Under the pieces are notes generated by a model. That model saw nothing but the letters and a program-made list of their open reading frames with translations. It made no database searches and had not been told where the DNA came from. The position numbers and the translations under genes are program-made. DNA of 64,000 nucleotides from the human T2T-CHM13v2.0 reference genome, Homo sapiens. The stretch lies in assembly GCF_009914755.1 (NCBI RefSeq), contig NC_060946.1; one strand, 5' to 3'. Positions 43,559-61,960 of this stretch are shown here, piece by piece. How positions within the stretch are numbered: position 1 is the first letter of the stretch; each line of letters begins with the position of its first letter.

Positions 43559-46500
43559 TGACACATCTCTGAACTGATCAACAAAGTGATGTAACAATTG
43601 TCTAGGCTCTGCCTACAGGGGCTTTGTGAAATATCTCTTCACTGATCACCCAGGTGATGGGACTTTTGTCTAGGCTCTGCCTATGGGGGCATTGTGACAT
43701 ATCTCTACACTGATCACCCAGGTGATGTAACTCTTGTGTTGGATCTGCCTATGGGGGCATTGTGACATATTTCTGCACTGATCACCCAGGTGATGGGACA
43801 CTTGTCTAGGCTCTGTGTATGAGGGCTTTTTGACATGTCTCTGCACTGATCACACAGGTGATGTAACGCTTGACTAGGCTCTGCCTACGAGGCATAGTGA
43901 CATATCACTGCATTGTTCACCGAGGTGATGTAACTCTTCTGCAGGCTCTGACTATAAGGGGCCTTGTGACATATCTCTGCACTGATCATCTAGGTGATGT
44001 AACTCTTGCTTATTCTCTGCCTGCAGAGGCATTGTGAAATATCTCTGCACTGATCACCCAGGTGACGGGACTCTTCTCTAGGCTGTGCCTCCTGTGGGCA
44101 TTCTCACATATATCTGCACTGATCACCCAGGTGCAAACTCTTTTCCTGGATTTGCCTATGGGGTCATTGTGACATATCTCTGCAGTGATCACCCAGGTGA
44201 TTTAACTCTGGTCTCAGCTCTGCCGAAAGGGGTATTGTGACAGATTTCTGCACTGATCATTCAGGTGATGTAAGTATTGTCTAGGCTCTGCTTAAAGAGG
44301 CATTGTCACATATCTCTGCACTGATCACCCAGGTGATGTAACTCTTGTCTAGGCTCTGTTTACATTGGGTATTGTGAAATATCTCTGCACTGATCACCTA
44401 AGTGATGTAACACTTGTGTAGGCTCTGCCTACGGGGGCACTTTGACATACCTCTGCACTGTTAACCGAGGTGATGTGACTCTTGCCTAGGCTGTGCCCAC
44501 AGTGGGATTGAGACATATCTCTGCGCTGATTCCGAGGTGATCCAACTCTTGCCTGTTCTCTGCCTACTGGGGACATTGTGACATATCTCTGCACTGATCT
44601 CCCAGGTGCTGTAAATTTAGTCCAGGCTCCGGCTACATGACATTGTGACATATCACTGCACTGATCACCCAGGTGATATAACTCTTGTCTAGGCTCTGCC
44701 TACAGGGGGCTTGTGATATATCCCTACACTGATCACCCAGGTGATATAACATTTGTGTAGCCTCTGCCTACAGGGGCTTGTGACATATCTCTACACCGAT
44801 CACCCACGTGATATAACTCTTCTCTAGGATCTGCCTACATTGTGCTTTGTGACATATCCCTGCAATGATGACCCAGGTGATATACCATTGTCAAGGTTCT
44901 GCCTACAGTGGCTTTGCGATTTATCTCTGCACTGATCACCTAGGTCATGTAACTCTTGTCTAGGCTCTGCTTACAGTGGCATTGTGTCATATCTCTGCAA
45001 TGATCACCCAGGTGATGTAACTATTTTCTAGGATCTGCCTACTGGGTGCTTTGTGACATATCCCTGCAATGATCACCCAGGTGATGTACCCCTTGTCAAG
45101 GCTCTGCCTACAGGGACATTGCGATGTGTCTCTGCACTGACCACCTAAGACATGTAACCCTTGTCTAGGCTCTGCCTACAGTGGCATTGTGACATATCTC
45201 TGCACTCATCATCCAAGTGATGTAACACTTGTCTTGGATCTGCTTAAAGGGACTTTGTGACATAACTCTGCACTGATCATCCAGGTGATGGGACTTTTGT
45301 CTAGGCTCTGCCTAAGGGGGCATTGTGACATATTTCTGCACTGTTCACACAGGTGACCGACTCTTGTCTTGGATCTGCCTATGGGGGCATTGTGACATAT
45401 CTCTGCACTGGTCACCCAGGTGACGTAACTGTTGTATAAGCTCTGCCTACAGGGGAATTGTGAGAGATCTCGCCACTGATTACCCAACTGATTTAACTAT
45501 TTTCTAGGCTTTGCCTACAGGGGGCTTTGTGACATACCTTTGCACTGATAAGCCAGGTGATGTAACTCATCTAAGTTCTGCCTAAGGGAGCTTTGTGACA
45601 TATCTCTGCACTGACCATGTAGGTGATGTAACACTTTTATAAGCACTGCCTGCAGGGAATTTTGACAAATCTCTGCCCTGATCACCTAGGTGATGTAAAT
45701 CTTGTCTACCGTCTCCCCAAAGGGGCCATTGGGAAATATCTCTGCACTCATAACCCAGGTGATTCTACTCTTGTCTAGGATCTGCCTAAAGGGGGTATTG
45801 TGAAATTTCTCTGCACTGATCAACTAGGTGATGTAACTCTTGTCTAGGCTCTGTCTACCGGGACGTTTTCACATATCCCTGAACTGATGACAAAGGTGAT
45901 GTAACTCTTGCCTGGGCTTTGCCTACAGGGGACATTGTGACATATCTCTGTACTGATGACCCAGGTGATGCAACTCTTCTCTATGCTCTGCCTACAGGGG
46001 ACATTGTGGCACATCTCTGAACTGATCACCCAGGTGATGCAACTATTCTCTATGCTCTGCCTACAGGGGGCATTGTGACATATCTCTACACCGATCACCC
46101 AGGTGATGTAACTCCTTTCTAGTCTCTGCCTACATAGGGCGTTGTGACATCACTCTGCACGGATCACCCAGGTTATGTAACTCTTGTCTAGGCTCCGCCT
46201 ATCAGGGCCTTGTGAATTATCTCTGCACTGACCACCCAGGAGATGTGACTCTTGTCAATGCTCTGCCTGGAGAGACATTGGGACATATCTCTGCACTGAT
46301 AACTGAGGTGATGTAAAATTTGTCTAGGCTTCGCCTACAGTGGGATTTATGACATATCTCTGCACTGATCACCCAGGTGATGTAACTCTTGTCTGGGCTC
46401 TGCCTACAGGGGCATTTTCACATATCACTGCACTGATCACCGAGATGATGTAACTGTTGTATAGGCTTCGCCGACAGGGGACATTGAGACATATCTCTGC

Positions 46501-48664
46501 ACTGATCACCCAGGTGCTGCAACTCTTTTCTGGGATCTGCTTACAGGGGGCATTGTGACATATCTCTGCCCTGATCACCCAGGTGATGTAACTCTTGTCT
46601 AGGCTCTGCCTACTGGAGGCATTGTGACATATCTCCGCACTGATCACCTAGGTGGTGTCATTTTTGTCAAGGATATGGCCAGAGGGACATTGTGACATGT
46701 CACTGCACTGATCACACAGCTGATGTAACCCTTGTCTAGGCTCTGGATACAGGGGGCTTGTGACACATCTCTGCACTGATCACCCAGGTGATGGAACCGT
46801 TGTCTAGACTCTGCCAAAAGGGGTTATTGTGACATAACTCTGCAGTGATCACCCAGGTGATTGGACGCTGGTCTAGGCTCTGCCTACAGGGGCATTGTGA
46901 CATATCTCTGCAGTGATCACGCAGGTGATGTAACTCTTGTCTATATCTACCTACTGGTGGAGTTGTGGCATATTTCAGCACTGATCACCCAGGTGATGGA
47001 CTCTTGTCTTGGATCTGCCTATGGGGGTATAGTGACATATCTCTGCACTGATCACTCATGTGATGTAACGCTTGTCTAAGCTGCGCCTAAAGGGGAATTG
47101 TGACAGATATCTCCACTGATCACCCAGGTGATGTATCAATTTTCTGGGATTTGTCTACAGGGAGCTTTGTGACATATCTTTGCACTGATCACCCAGGTGA
47201 TGTAACTGTTGTCTAGGCTCCACCTACAGGGGTTATTGTGACGTATCTCTGCACTGATCACCCAGGTGATGTAACATTTATCCAGCCTCTGCCTACAGGA
47301 GCGTTTTGGCATATCTCTGCACAGATCACCTAGGCTATGTAACTCTTGTCCACTCTCTGCCTACACGGGTCATTGTGAAATATCTCTGCCCTGATCACCC
47401 AGGTGATGGTACTCTTCTCTATACACTGCCTAGAGGGGGATTTGTGACATATCTCTGCACTGATCACCCAGGTGATGGAATTCTTGTCTAGGCTCTGTCT
47501 ATGAGGGCGTTTTGTCAAATATCTGCACTGATCACCCAGGTGATGTAACTATTCTCTAGGCTCTGTCTACAGGGATTTTAATGACATATCACTGCACTGA
47601 TCACCTAGGTGATGTAAGCCTTGTATGGGCTTTGCATACAGAAGGCTTTGTGACATAGTCTATGCACTGATCTCTGAGGTGATGCAACTCTTGTCTAGGC
47701 ACTGCCTACAGGGGTCATTGATATATATCTCTGCACTGATCACCCAGGTGATGGACTCTTGTCTTAGATCTGCCTACATGTATATTCTGACGCATCTCTG
47801 AACTGATCAACCAAGTGATGAAACACTTGTCTAGTCTCTGCCTTCAGGGGCTTTGTGACACATCTCTTCACTGATAACCCTGGGGAGGGAACTCTTGTCT
47901 ACACTCTGCCTACAGGAGGCTTTATGACTTTTACCTGCACTGATAACCCAGGTGATGTAACACTTGTCTAGGCTCTGCTACAAGGGAATTCTCACATATC
48001 TCTGCACTGATCACCCAGGTGATGTAACTCCTGTCTAGGTTCAGCTACAGGAGCGTTTTGACATATCTCTGCACTGATCACCGAGATGATGTAACCCTTG
48101 TCTAACCTCTGCCTAAAGGGGCATTGAGACAGATCTCTCCACTGCTCACCCAGGTGTTGTAACAATTGTCTGTGCTTTGCCTACCAGGGGCTTTGTGATA
48201 TACATTTCCACTGATCAAACAGGTGATGTAACCCTTGTCAATGTTCTGCTTACAGGGGCTTTGTGACATATCTCTTCCCTGATCACCCCAGGGAGGAAAC
48301 ACTTGTCTACACTCCGCCTACAGGAGGCTTTACAAACTATCCCTTCACTGATCACTAGGAGATGTAACATTTCTAGGCTCTGTCTACACGGGAATTTTCA
48401 CATATCTCTGCACTGATCACCTAAGTGATGTAACCCTTGTGTTGGTTGAGCCTACTGGGGACTTCTGACATACCTCTGCACTGATCACCGAGGTGATGTA
48501 AATCATTTCCAGGCTTTTTGTACAGGGGACATTGTGATATATCTCTGCACTTATCACCCAAATAATGCAAATCTTCTCTAGGCTCCACAGGGAGGGGGCA
48601 TTGTGACATATTTCTGAACTTATCATCCAGGAGATGTAGCTCTTCTCCAGGCTTTGACTAAAGA
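43559..48664. repeat. Beta-satellite spacer 3 (~5.1 kb)
   Basis: 68-bp monomers. Confidence 0.95.
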
Positions 48665-48815
48665 GCGTCGGAAGGTGTTGGGAGAGCCTCAGCCAGAATT
48701 TCCCAGATGGACAAGGGCACAGAGAGGCCAGCGGGCTCCCTTGCACGTCAGCCGGGGTGTTCAATGAGCCCAGGTCTAGTCATGAGGCCGGCAAAGAGAG
48801 CTAGACGTGTGCGTT
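48580..48815 (-). other. pLAM / DUX4 exon-3-like segment without ATTAAA (copy 4)
   Basis: Colinear with copies 2, 3 and 5. tgtgac at 48602-48607. Confidence 0.78.
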
Positions 48816-49365
48816 CCGCGGCTAGGCGCTCCATGGTGGCAGCTGGGAGGCTGCAGGGAATGTGCAGGCTGGCGATGGTGGTGTGGAGGTGCAGAGTACG
48901 CGAGCCGCCGGAGGGGTGTCAGGCCTGGACGCTGCGCGGGCTCGGTGTTTCTCGGGATGGGGTTCTCCACCCAGCCCAGGGGAGGATGCATTTTCCGGGG
49001 TTGGGGTATGGGGGTGGGGAGGGGGTGGTCAGGCGGGGATGGGGTGTTGGAAAGGCATGAGAGCTCTGCCCGTGTTGCTCCCACAGCCCAGGCGGCTGCC
49101 TGCAAACTCGCGCGTGCGCAGTAGGCGGCCCAAATGCTGGTACCTGGGCCGGCTCTGGGATCGCCGGGATACCCAGGAAAGAATGGCAGTTCTCTGCTTT
49201 GGGGAGTCTCTCACCAGGCCTAGACCTAGAAGGCAGGAATCCCAGGCCGGTCAGCCCCGTGGAGGGGGCGGGGGCAAGACACGACCCTCCATAGCCAGCC
49301 ATGTGTTCCCTGCGAAAGAGAGGCCACAGCCCTGCCCCGGCCCAACCCCGTCCCAACCCCGCGTC

Positions 49366-50810
<1,445 letters not shown>

Positions 50811-51378
50811 GAAGGGTCCCAGGGCGTCGAGGCCTGTGGCCGGATGGTGTTGGGTTGTGGGGGGAGGGCGTGGTGATGGTGGTGGTGGGGCCAGAGAGAC
50901 AAAGAGGAAGGGGGCGAGGGGGAAGGGGTGAGGGGGGCGCGTTTCGGGGGGCTGGCTGTCCAGACCTCTCCAGGAATCCCACGGGAACTGGAAGCTGCTC
51001 TCTGGGCTCCCACGCGTCTTCAGCAGGGAGAAACCGGCCTGTGAGAGTGGAGGGGAGTGTGGAACAGAACCTCCGTGGGAGTCTTGAGTGTTCCAGGCCG
51101 TCTCCCCGTGAAGGAGGCAGTGTCTGTGGGTGTCGCCATTGCCGGGAGAGTCTGACACACGCAGGCGTGTGGCTCTCATTCATTTCCACGTAGGAGACCA
51201 GAGCGAGACCCCAGAGAGAAGATGCCTCCCCGGCTTGATGGCCTGACAATGGATTCCCGTGTGCCGCAACGTGGGGAGTCTGCAATGTGGCTGGTTTGGA
51301 AACAGGCAAGGAGAGCGAAGCTTCCACCCTTCCCTGCATGTTTCCGGGTGCCCGCAGAGCTCCGGGAGAAAACAGCAT

Positions 51379-54300
51379 GACACATCTCTGAACTGATCAA
51401 CAAAGTGAGGTAACTCTTGTCTAGGCTCTGCCTACAGGGGCTTTGTGACATATCTCTGCACTGATCACCCAGGTGATGTAACTCTTGTGTTGGATCTGTC
51501 TACGGGGTCATTGTGACATATTTCTGCAATGATCACCCAGGTGATGGGACTCTTGTCTAGGCTCTGTGTATGGGGGCTTTGTGACATATCTCTGCCCTGA
51601 TCACCCAGGTGATGAAACGCTTGATTAGGCTCTGCCTATGGGGCATAGTGACATATCACTGAATTGATAACCGAGGTGATGTAACTCTTGTCCAGGCTCT
51701 GCCTATAGGGGGTCTTGTGACATATCTCTGCACTGATCACGTAGGTGATGTAACTCTTGCTTACGCTCTCCCTGCAGGGGCATTGTGAAATATCTCTGCA
51801 CTGATCACCTAGGTGATGGGACTCTTCTCTAGGCTCTGCCTACTGGGGGAATTGTCACATATGTCTGCACTGATAACCCAGGTGACGGACTCCTGTCTTT
51901 GAATTGCCTATGGGGGCATTGTGACATATCTCTGCACTGATCACCCAGGTGATGTAACTCTGGTCTAAGCTCTGCCTAAAGGAGCATTGTGACAGATCTC
52001 TGCACTGATCTCTCAGGTGATGTCACTATTGTCTAGGCTCTGCTTAAAAGGGCCTTGTCACATATCTCTGCACAGATCATCCAGGTGATGTAACTCTTGT
52101 CTAGGCTCTGCTTACAGGGGGTATAGTGACAAATCTCTGCACTGATCACCTAAGTGATGTAACACTTGTGTAGGCTCTGCCAACAGGGGGATTTTGACAT
52201 ATCTCTGCACTGTTAACCGAGGTGACGTAACTCTTGTCTAGGCTGTGCCCACAGGGGGATTGAGACATATCTCTGCACTGATGCAGGGGTGTTCTAACTC
52301 TTGCCTGGTCTCTGCCTACTGGGGTTACTGTGACATATCTCTGCACCAATCTCCCGGGTGCTGTAACTTTAATCTAGGCTCTGGTTACACGGAATTGTGA
52401 CATATCACTGCACCCAAGTGATATAACTTGTCTAGGCTCTGCCTACAGGGTTCTCGTGACATATCTCTGCACTGATCACCCAGGTGACATAACTCTTCTC
52501 TAGGATCTGCATACAGGGTTCTATGTGACATATCCCTGCAATGATCACCCAGGTGATATACCACTTGTCAAGGCTCTGCCAACAGGGGCATTGCGACACA
52601 TCTCTGCACTGATCACCCAGGTAGTGTAACTGTTGTATAAGCTCTGCCTACAGCGGAATTGTGTGAGATCTCGCCACTGATCACCCAAGTGATGTAACCA
52701 TTGTCTAGGCTTTGCCTATAGTGGGCTTTTGACATACATTTGCACTGATCACCCAGGTGATGTAACTCATCTAAGTTCTGCCTACAGGAGCTTTGTGACA
52801 TATCTCTGCACTGATCACTTAGGGTATGTAACACTTTTATAAGCACTGCCTACAGGGAAATTGGACAAATCTCTGCACTGATCACCTAGGTGATGTAACT
52901 CTTGTCTACCCTCTGCCCAAAGGGGGCATTGTGAAATATCTCTGCAATGATCACCCAGGTGATTCCACTCTTGTCTAGGATCTGCCCACAGGGGGTATTG
53001 TGAAATATATCTGCACTGATCAACTAGGTGATATAACTCCTGTCTAGGCTCTGCCTACAGGGGCGTTTTCACATATCCCTGAACTGATGACACAGGTGAT
53101 GTAACTCTGGCCTAGGCTTTGCCTACAGGGGACATTGTGACATATCCCTGCACTGATCACCCAGGTGATGCAACGCTTCTCTATGCTCTGCCTACAGCGG
53201 ACATTGTGACATATCTCTGCACTGATCACCCAGTTGATGCAACTCTTCTCTATGCTCTGCCTACAGGGGGCATTGTGACATATCTCTGCACTGATCAACG
53301 AGGTGATGTAACTCTTTTCTAGTCTCTGCCGACAGAGGGCGTTGTGACATCACTCTGCACGGATCACACGGTTTATGTAACTCTTGACTAGGCTCTGCCT
53401 ACGGGGGCATTTTCACATATCACTGCACTGATCACCGAGATGATGTAACTCTTGTATAGGCTTCGCCGACAGGGGGCATTGAGACATATCTCTGCACTGA
53501 TCACCGAGGTGATGCAACTGTTGTCTGGGATCTGCTTACAGGCGGCATTGTGACATATCTCTGCCCTGATCACCCAGGTGATGTAACTCTTGTCTAGGCT
53601 CTGCCTACTGGAGACATTGTGACATATCTCCGCACTGATCACCCAGTTGATGTCACTATTGTCAAGGATATGGCTATAGAGATATTGTGACATGTCACTG
53701 CACTGATCACAGAGCTGATATAACTCTTGTCTAGGCTCTGGCAACAGGGGGCTAGTGACACATCTCTGCACTGATCACACAGGTGATGTAACTCTGTTCT
53801 AAGCTCTGCCTAAAGGGGCATTGTGACAGATCTCTGCACTGAGCACTCAGGTGGTGTAACTATTGTCTAGGCTCTGCTTAAAGGGGCCTTGTCACATATC
53901 TCTGCACTGATCACCCAGGTGATGTAACTCTTGTCTAGGCTCTGCTTACAGGGGGTATTGTGACATAACCCTGCACTGATCACCTAAGTGACGTAACACT
54001 TATGTAGTCTCTGCCTACAGTGGCATTTTGACATATCTCTGCACTGTTAACCGAGGTGATGAAACTCGTGTCTAGTCTGTGCCCACAGGGGGATTGAGAC
54101 ATATCTCTGCACTGATCCCGAGGTTATCCAACTCTTGCCTGGTCTCTGCCTACTGGGGACATTGTGACATACCTCTGCTCTGATCACCCAGGTGCTGTAA
54201 CTTTAGTGTAGGCTCTGGCTACACGGCATTGTGACATATCACTGCACTGATTACCCAGGTGATATAACTCTTGTCTAGGCTCTGCCTACAGGGGGCTTGT

Positions 54301-57300
54301 GACATATCTCTGCACTGATCACCCAGGTGATATAACTCTTCTCTAGGATCTGCCTACAGGGTGTTTTGTGACCTATCCCTGCAATGGTCACCCAGGTGAT
54401 GTACCACTTGTCAACGCTCTGCCTACAGGGGCATTGCGATATATCTCTGCACTGATCACCTAGGTCAAGTAACTCTTGTATAAGCTCTGCCTACAGTGGC
54501 AATGTGACATATCTCTACACTGGTCACCCAGGTGATGTAACTCTTTTCTAGGATCTGCCTACAGGGTGCTTTGTGACATATCCCTGCAATGATCACCAAG
54601 GTGATGTACCACTTGTCAAGGCTCTGCCTACAGGGACATTGCGATGTATCTCTGCACTGATCACCTACGTCATGTAACTCTTGTCTAGGCTCTGCCTAGA
54701 ATGGCATTGTGACATATCTCTGCACTGATCATCCAAGTGATGTAACCATTGTCTAGTATCTGCCTAAAGGGACTTTGTGACATAACTCTGCACTGATCAT
54801 CCAGGTGATGGAGATTTTGTCTAGGCTCTGCCTAAGGGGGCATTGTGACATATTCCTGGACTGATCACCCAGGTGACAGACTCTTGTCTTGGATCTGCCT
54901 ATGGGGGCATTGCAACGTATCTCTGCACTGATCACCCAGGTGATGTAACTGTCGTATAAGCTCTGCCTACAGGGGAATTGTGAGAGATCTCGCCCCTGAT
55001 CACCCAAGTGATGTAACTATTGTCTAGGCTTTGCCTGCAGGGAGCTTTGTGACATACCTTTTCACTGATCACCCAGGAGTTGTAACTCATCTAAGTTCTG
55101 CCTACAGGAGCTTTGTGACATATCTCGTGCTCTGATCACTTATGTGATGTAACACTTTTATAAGCACTGCCTACAGTGGAATTTTGACAAATCTCTGCAC
55201 TGATCACCTAGGTGATGTAAGCCTGGTGTACCCTCTGCCCAAAGGGGGCATTGTGAAATATCTCTGCACTGATCACCCAGGTGATGTAACTCTTTTGTAC
55301 TCTCTGCCTACAGAGGGCGTTGTGACATCACTCTGCACGGAACACCAGGGTTATGTAACTCGTGTCTAGGCTCTGCCTACGGGGGCATTGTGACTTATCT
55401 CCGCACTTATCACCCTGGAGATGTGAGTCTTGTCTAAGCTCTTCCTAGAGGGACATTGGGACATATCTCTGCACTGATCGCTGAGGTGATGTAAAAATTG
55501 TCTAGGCTTTGCCTAAAGTGGGATTTATGACATATCTCTGCACTGATCACCCTGGGGAGGAAACTCTGGTCTACCCTCTGCCTACAGGAGGCTTTATGAC
55601 TTATACCTGCACTGATAACGTAGGTGATGTAACACTTGTCTAGGCTCTGCCTACACGGGAATTCTCACATATCTCTACACTGATCACCCAGGTGATGGAA
55701 CTCTGGTCTAGGTTCTGCTTACATGGGGTATTGTGACATATGTCTGCACTGATCACCTAAGTGAGGTAACACTTGTGTAGGCTCTGCCTACAGGGGCATT
55801 TTGACATATCCCTGCACTGTTTAACTGAGGTGATGTAACTCTTCTCTAGCCTGTGCCCACAGAGGGATTGAGACATATCTCTGCACTGATCCCGAGGCGA
55901 TCTTACTCTTGCCTGGTCTCTGCCTACTGGGGACATTGTGACATATATCTGCACTGATCTCCGAGGTGCTGTAACTTTAGTCTAGGTTCCGGCTACACGG
56001 CATTGTGACATATCTCTGCATTGATCACCCAGGTGATGTAACGCTTCACTAGGCTCTGCCTATGGGGCATATTGACATATCACTGTATTGATCACTGAGG
56101 TGATGTAACTCTTGTCCAGGCTCTGCCTATAGGGGGCCTTGCGACATATCTCTGTACTGATCACCTAGGTGATGTAACTCTTGCTTACACTCTGCCTGCA
56201 GGGGCATTGTAAAATATCTCTTCACTGATTACCCAGGTGATGGGACTCTTCTCTAGGCTCTGCCTACTTGGGGCATTGTCACATATTTCTGCCCTGATCA
56301 CCCAGGAGACGGACTCTTGTCTTGATTTTGCCTATGGGGGCATTGTGACATATCTCTGCACTGATCACCCAGGTGAAGTAACCCTGGTCTAAGCTCTGCC
56401 TAAAGGGGCATTGTGACATATCTCTGCACTGATCACTCAGGTGATGTAACTATTGTCTAGGCTCTGCTTAAAGGAGCCTTGTCACATATCTCTGCACTGA
56501 TCACCCAGGTGATGTCACTCTTGCCTAGTCTCTGCTAACGGGGTATTGTGACATATCTCTGCACTGATCAGGTAAGTGATGTAAGACTTGTGTAGGCTCT
56601 GTCTACAGATGCATTTTGACATATCTCTGCAATGTTAACGGAGGTGATGTAACCCTTGTCTAGGCTGTGCCAACACGGGGATTGAGACATATCTCTGCAC
56701 TGATCCCGAGGTGATCAAACTCTTGCCTGGTCTCTGCCTACTGGGGACACTGTGACATATCTCTGCACTGATTTCCGAGTTGCTGTAACTTTAGTCTAGG
56801 CTCTGACTACACGGCATTGTGACATATCACTGCACTGATCACCGAGGTGATATTACTCTTGTCTAGGCTCTGCCTACAGGGGGCTTGTGACACATCTCGG
56901 CACTGATCACCCAGGTGATATAACTCTTCTCTAGGATCTGCTACAGGGTGCTTTGTGACATATCCCTGCACTGATCACCCAGGTGATGGGACTCTTGTCT
57001 AGGCTCTGCCAACAATGGCATTCTGACATATCTCTGAACTGATCACCCAGGTGACGTAACTCTTTTCTAGGATCTGCTTACAGGGTGCTTTGTGACATAT
57101 CCCTGCAATGATCATCCAGGTGATGTACCACTTGTCAAGGCTCTGCCTACAGGGACATTGCGTTTTATCTCTGCACTGATCACCTAGGTCATGTAACTCT
57201 TTTCTAGGCTCTGCCTACAGTGGCATTGTGACATATCTCTGCCCTGATCATCCAAGTGATGTAACTATTGTCTAGGATCTGCCTAAAGGGACTTTGTGAC

Positions 57301-59194
57301 ATAAATCTGCACTGATCATCCAGGTGATGGGGCTTTTGTCTAGGCTCTCCTAAGGAAGCATTGTGACATATTTCTGCACTGATCACCCAGGTGACGGACT
57401 CCTGTCTTGGATCTGCCTATGGGGGCATTGTGACATATCTCTGCACTGATCACACAGGTGATGTAACTGTTGTATAAGCTCTGCCTACAGAATTGTGAGA
57501 GATCTCCTCACTTATCGCTCAATTGATGTAACTCTTGTCTAGGGTTTGCCTAAAGGGGGCTTTGTGACATACCTTTTCACTGATCACCCAGGTGATGTAA
57601 CTCATCTAAGTTCTGCCTACAGAAGCTTTCTGAGATATCGCTGCACTGATCACTTAGGTGATGTAACACTTTTATAAGCACTGCCTACAGAGAATTTTGA
57701 CAAATCTCTGCACTGATAACCTAGGTGATGTAACTCTATTCTAGGATCTGCCTACAGGGTGCTTTGTGGCATATCCCTGCAATGATCACCCAGGTGATGT
57801 ACCACTTCTCAAGGCTCTGCCTACAGGGACATTGCGAAGTATCTCTGCACTGATCTCCGAGGTCATGTAACTCTTGTCCACTCTCTGCCTATAGGGGGCA
57901 TTGTGAAATATCTCTGCACTGATCACCCAGGTGTTGGGACTCTTCTCTATACTCTGCCTATAGGGGGATTTGTGACATATCTCTGCACTCATCACCCACG
58001 TGATGGAAGACTTGTCTGGTCTCTGTCTATGGTGGCATTGTGTCAAATATCTGCACTGATCACCCAGGTGATGTAACTCTTGTCTAGGCTCTGTCTACTG
58101 GGATTTGTGTGACATATCACTGCACTGATCACCTAGATGATGTAAGCCTTTTTTAGGTTTGCCTACAGAAGGCTTTGTGACATATCTATGCACAGATCTC
58201 TGAGGTGATGCTACTCTTGTCTAGGCACTGCCTACAGGGGACATTGGTACATATCTCTGCACTGATCACCCAGGTGATGGACACTTGTCTTAGATCTGCC
58301 TACATGGACATTGTGACACATCTCTGAACTGATCAACCAAGTGATGAAATTCTTGTCTAGGCTCTGCCTACAGGGCCTTTGTGACACATCTCTGCACTGA
58401 TCACCCTGGGGAGGGAACTCTTGTCTACGCTCTGCCTACAGGAGGCTTTATAACTTTTACCTGCACTGATAACCCAGGTGATGTATCACTTGTCTAGGCT
58501 CTGTCTACACGGGAATTCTCACATATCTCTGCACTGATCACCCGGGTGATGTAATTCCTTTCTAGGTTCAGCCTACAGGAGCGTTTTGACATATGTCTGC
58601 ACTGATCACCCAGATGATGTAACCCTTGTCTAAGCTCTGCCTACAGGGGCATTGTGACGGATCTCTACACTGCTCACCCAGGTGATGTAACAATTGTCTG
58701 GGCTTTGCCTACAGGGGGCTTTGTGATATACATTTCCACTGATCAAACAGGTGATGTAACCCTTGTCAAGGTTCTGCTTACAGGGGCTTTGTGACATATC
58801 TCTACACTGATCACCCCAGGGAGGAAACACTTGTCTACTCTATGTCTACAGGAGACTTTACGACTTATCCCTGCACTGATCACTAGGTGATATAACACTT
58901 GTCTAGGATCTGTCTGCACGGGAATTTTCACATATAGCTACATTGATCACCTAAGTGATGTAACCCTTGTTTACGTTCAGCCTACTGGGGATTTCTGACA
59001 TACCTATGCACTGATCAACGAGTTGATGTATATCATTTCCAGGCTTTTTGTACAGGGGACATTGTGATATATCTCTGCACTGATCACCCAAATGATGCAA
59101 ATCTTCTCTAGGCTCCGCACGGAGGAGGCATTGTGACATATTTCTGTACTGATCATCCAGGAGATTTAACTATTCTCCAGGCTTTGACTAAAGA
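51379..59194. repeat. Beta-satellite spacer 4 (~7.8 kb)
   Basis: 68-bp monomers. Confidence 0.95.
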
Positions 59195-59345
59195 GCTTCG
59201 GAAGGTGTTGTGAGAGCCTCAGCTGGAATTTCACGGATGGACAAGGGCACAGAGAGGCCAGCGGACTCCCTTGCACGTCAGCCCGAGCACGCAATGAACG
59301 CAGGTCTAACCAGGAGTCTGGCAAAGACGGCTAGAGGTCTGCGTT
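59110..59345 (-). other. pLAM / DUX4 exon-3-like segment without ATTAAA (copy 5)
   Basis: Colinear with the other copies. tgtgac at 59132-59137. Confidence 0.78.
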
Positions 59346-59896
59346 CCGCCGCCAGCCTCTCCATGGTGGCAGCTGGGAGGCTGCAGGGGCACGGAAGGGC
59401 CAGCGACGGTGGTGCAGAGGCACAGAGGAGGCGAGCTGCTGGAGGGGTGTCAGGCCTGGACGCTGCGTGGGCCCAGTGTTTTGCAGGATGTGGGTCTCCA
59501 CCCAGCCCAGGGGAAGATTCATTTTCTTTGGGTGGGTGGTGGGGTTGGGAAGGGTGTGGTCAGGCGGGGGTGGGGTGGTGGATAGGCATGATAGCTCTGT
59601 CCAGTCTGCTCCCAAAGCTCAGGCGGCTGCCCGCAAACCCGCGCGTGCGCAGTGGGTGGCCCACCTGCTGGTACCTGGCCCGGATCTGGTATCCCCGGGA
59701 TGCCCAGGAAAGAATGGCAGTTCTCTGCTGTGTGTAGTCCCTCACCGGGCCTGGACCAAGAAGGCAGGAATCCCAGGCCGGTCAGTCCAGTGAAGGGGGC
59801 GTGGGGAAGACACGCCCCTCCATAGCCAGCCAGGTGTTCCCCGCGATATAGAGGCCACCGCCCTGCCCCGACCCGACCCTGTCCCAACCCCGCGTC

Positions 59897-61378
<1,482 letters not shown>

Positions 61379-61960
61379 GAATGGTCCCAGGGCATCGAGG
61401 TCTGTGGCCGGGGGGTGGTGTGATGGGGTGGGAGGGAGTGGTGATGGTGGTGGTGGGGCCGGAGAGACGAAGAGGAAGGGGGCAAGGGGGAAGGGGTGAG
61501 GGGGGCGCGTTTCACGGGCTGACTCTCCGGACCTCTCCAGGAATCCCTCGGGAAATGGAAGCCACTCTCTGGGCTCCCACGCGTCTTCAGCAGGGAGAAA
61601 CCGGCCTGGGAGTGTGGAGGCGAGTGTGGAACTGAACCTCTGTGGGAGTCTTGAGTGTTCCAGGCCCTCTCTCCGTGAAGGAGGCAGTGCCTGTGGGTGT
61701 CGCCGTTGCTGGGACAGTCTGACACACGCAGGCATGTGGCTCTCATTCATTTCCACGTAGGAGAACAGAGCGAGAACCCAGAGAGAAGATGTCTCCCCGG
61801 CGTGATGGCCTGACGATGGATTCCCGTGTGCAGCAACATGGGGAGTCTGCAGTGTGGACGGTTTGGAAACTGGCAAGGAGAGCGAAAGCACCACGCCGGT
61901 CTTCCACTATTCCCTGCATGTTTCCCGGTGCCGGCAGAGCTCTGGGAGCAAAGAGTCATC

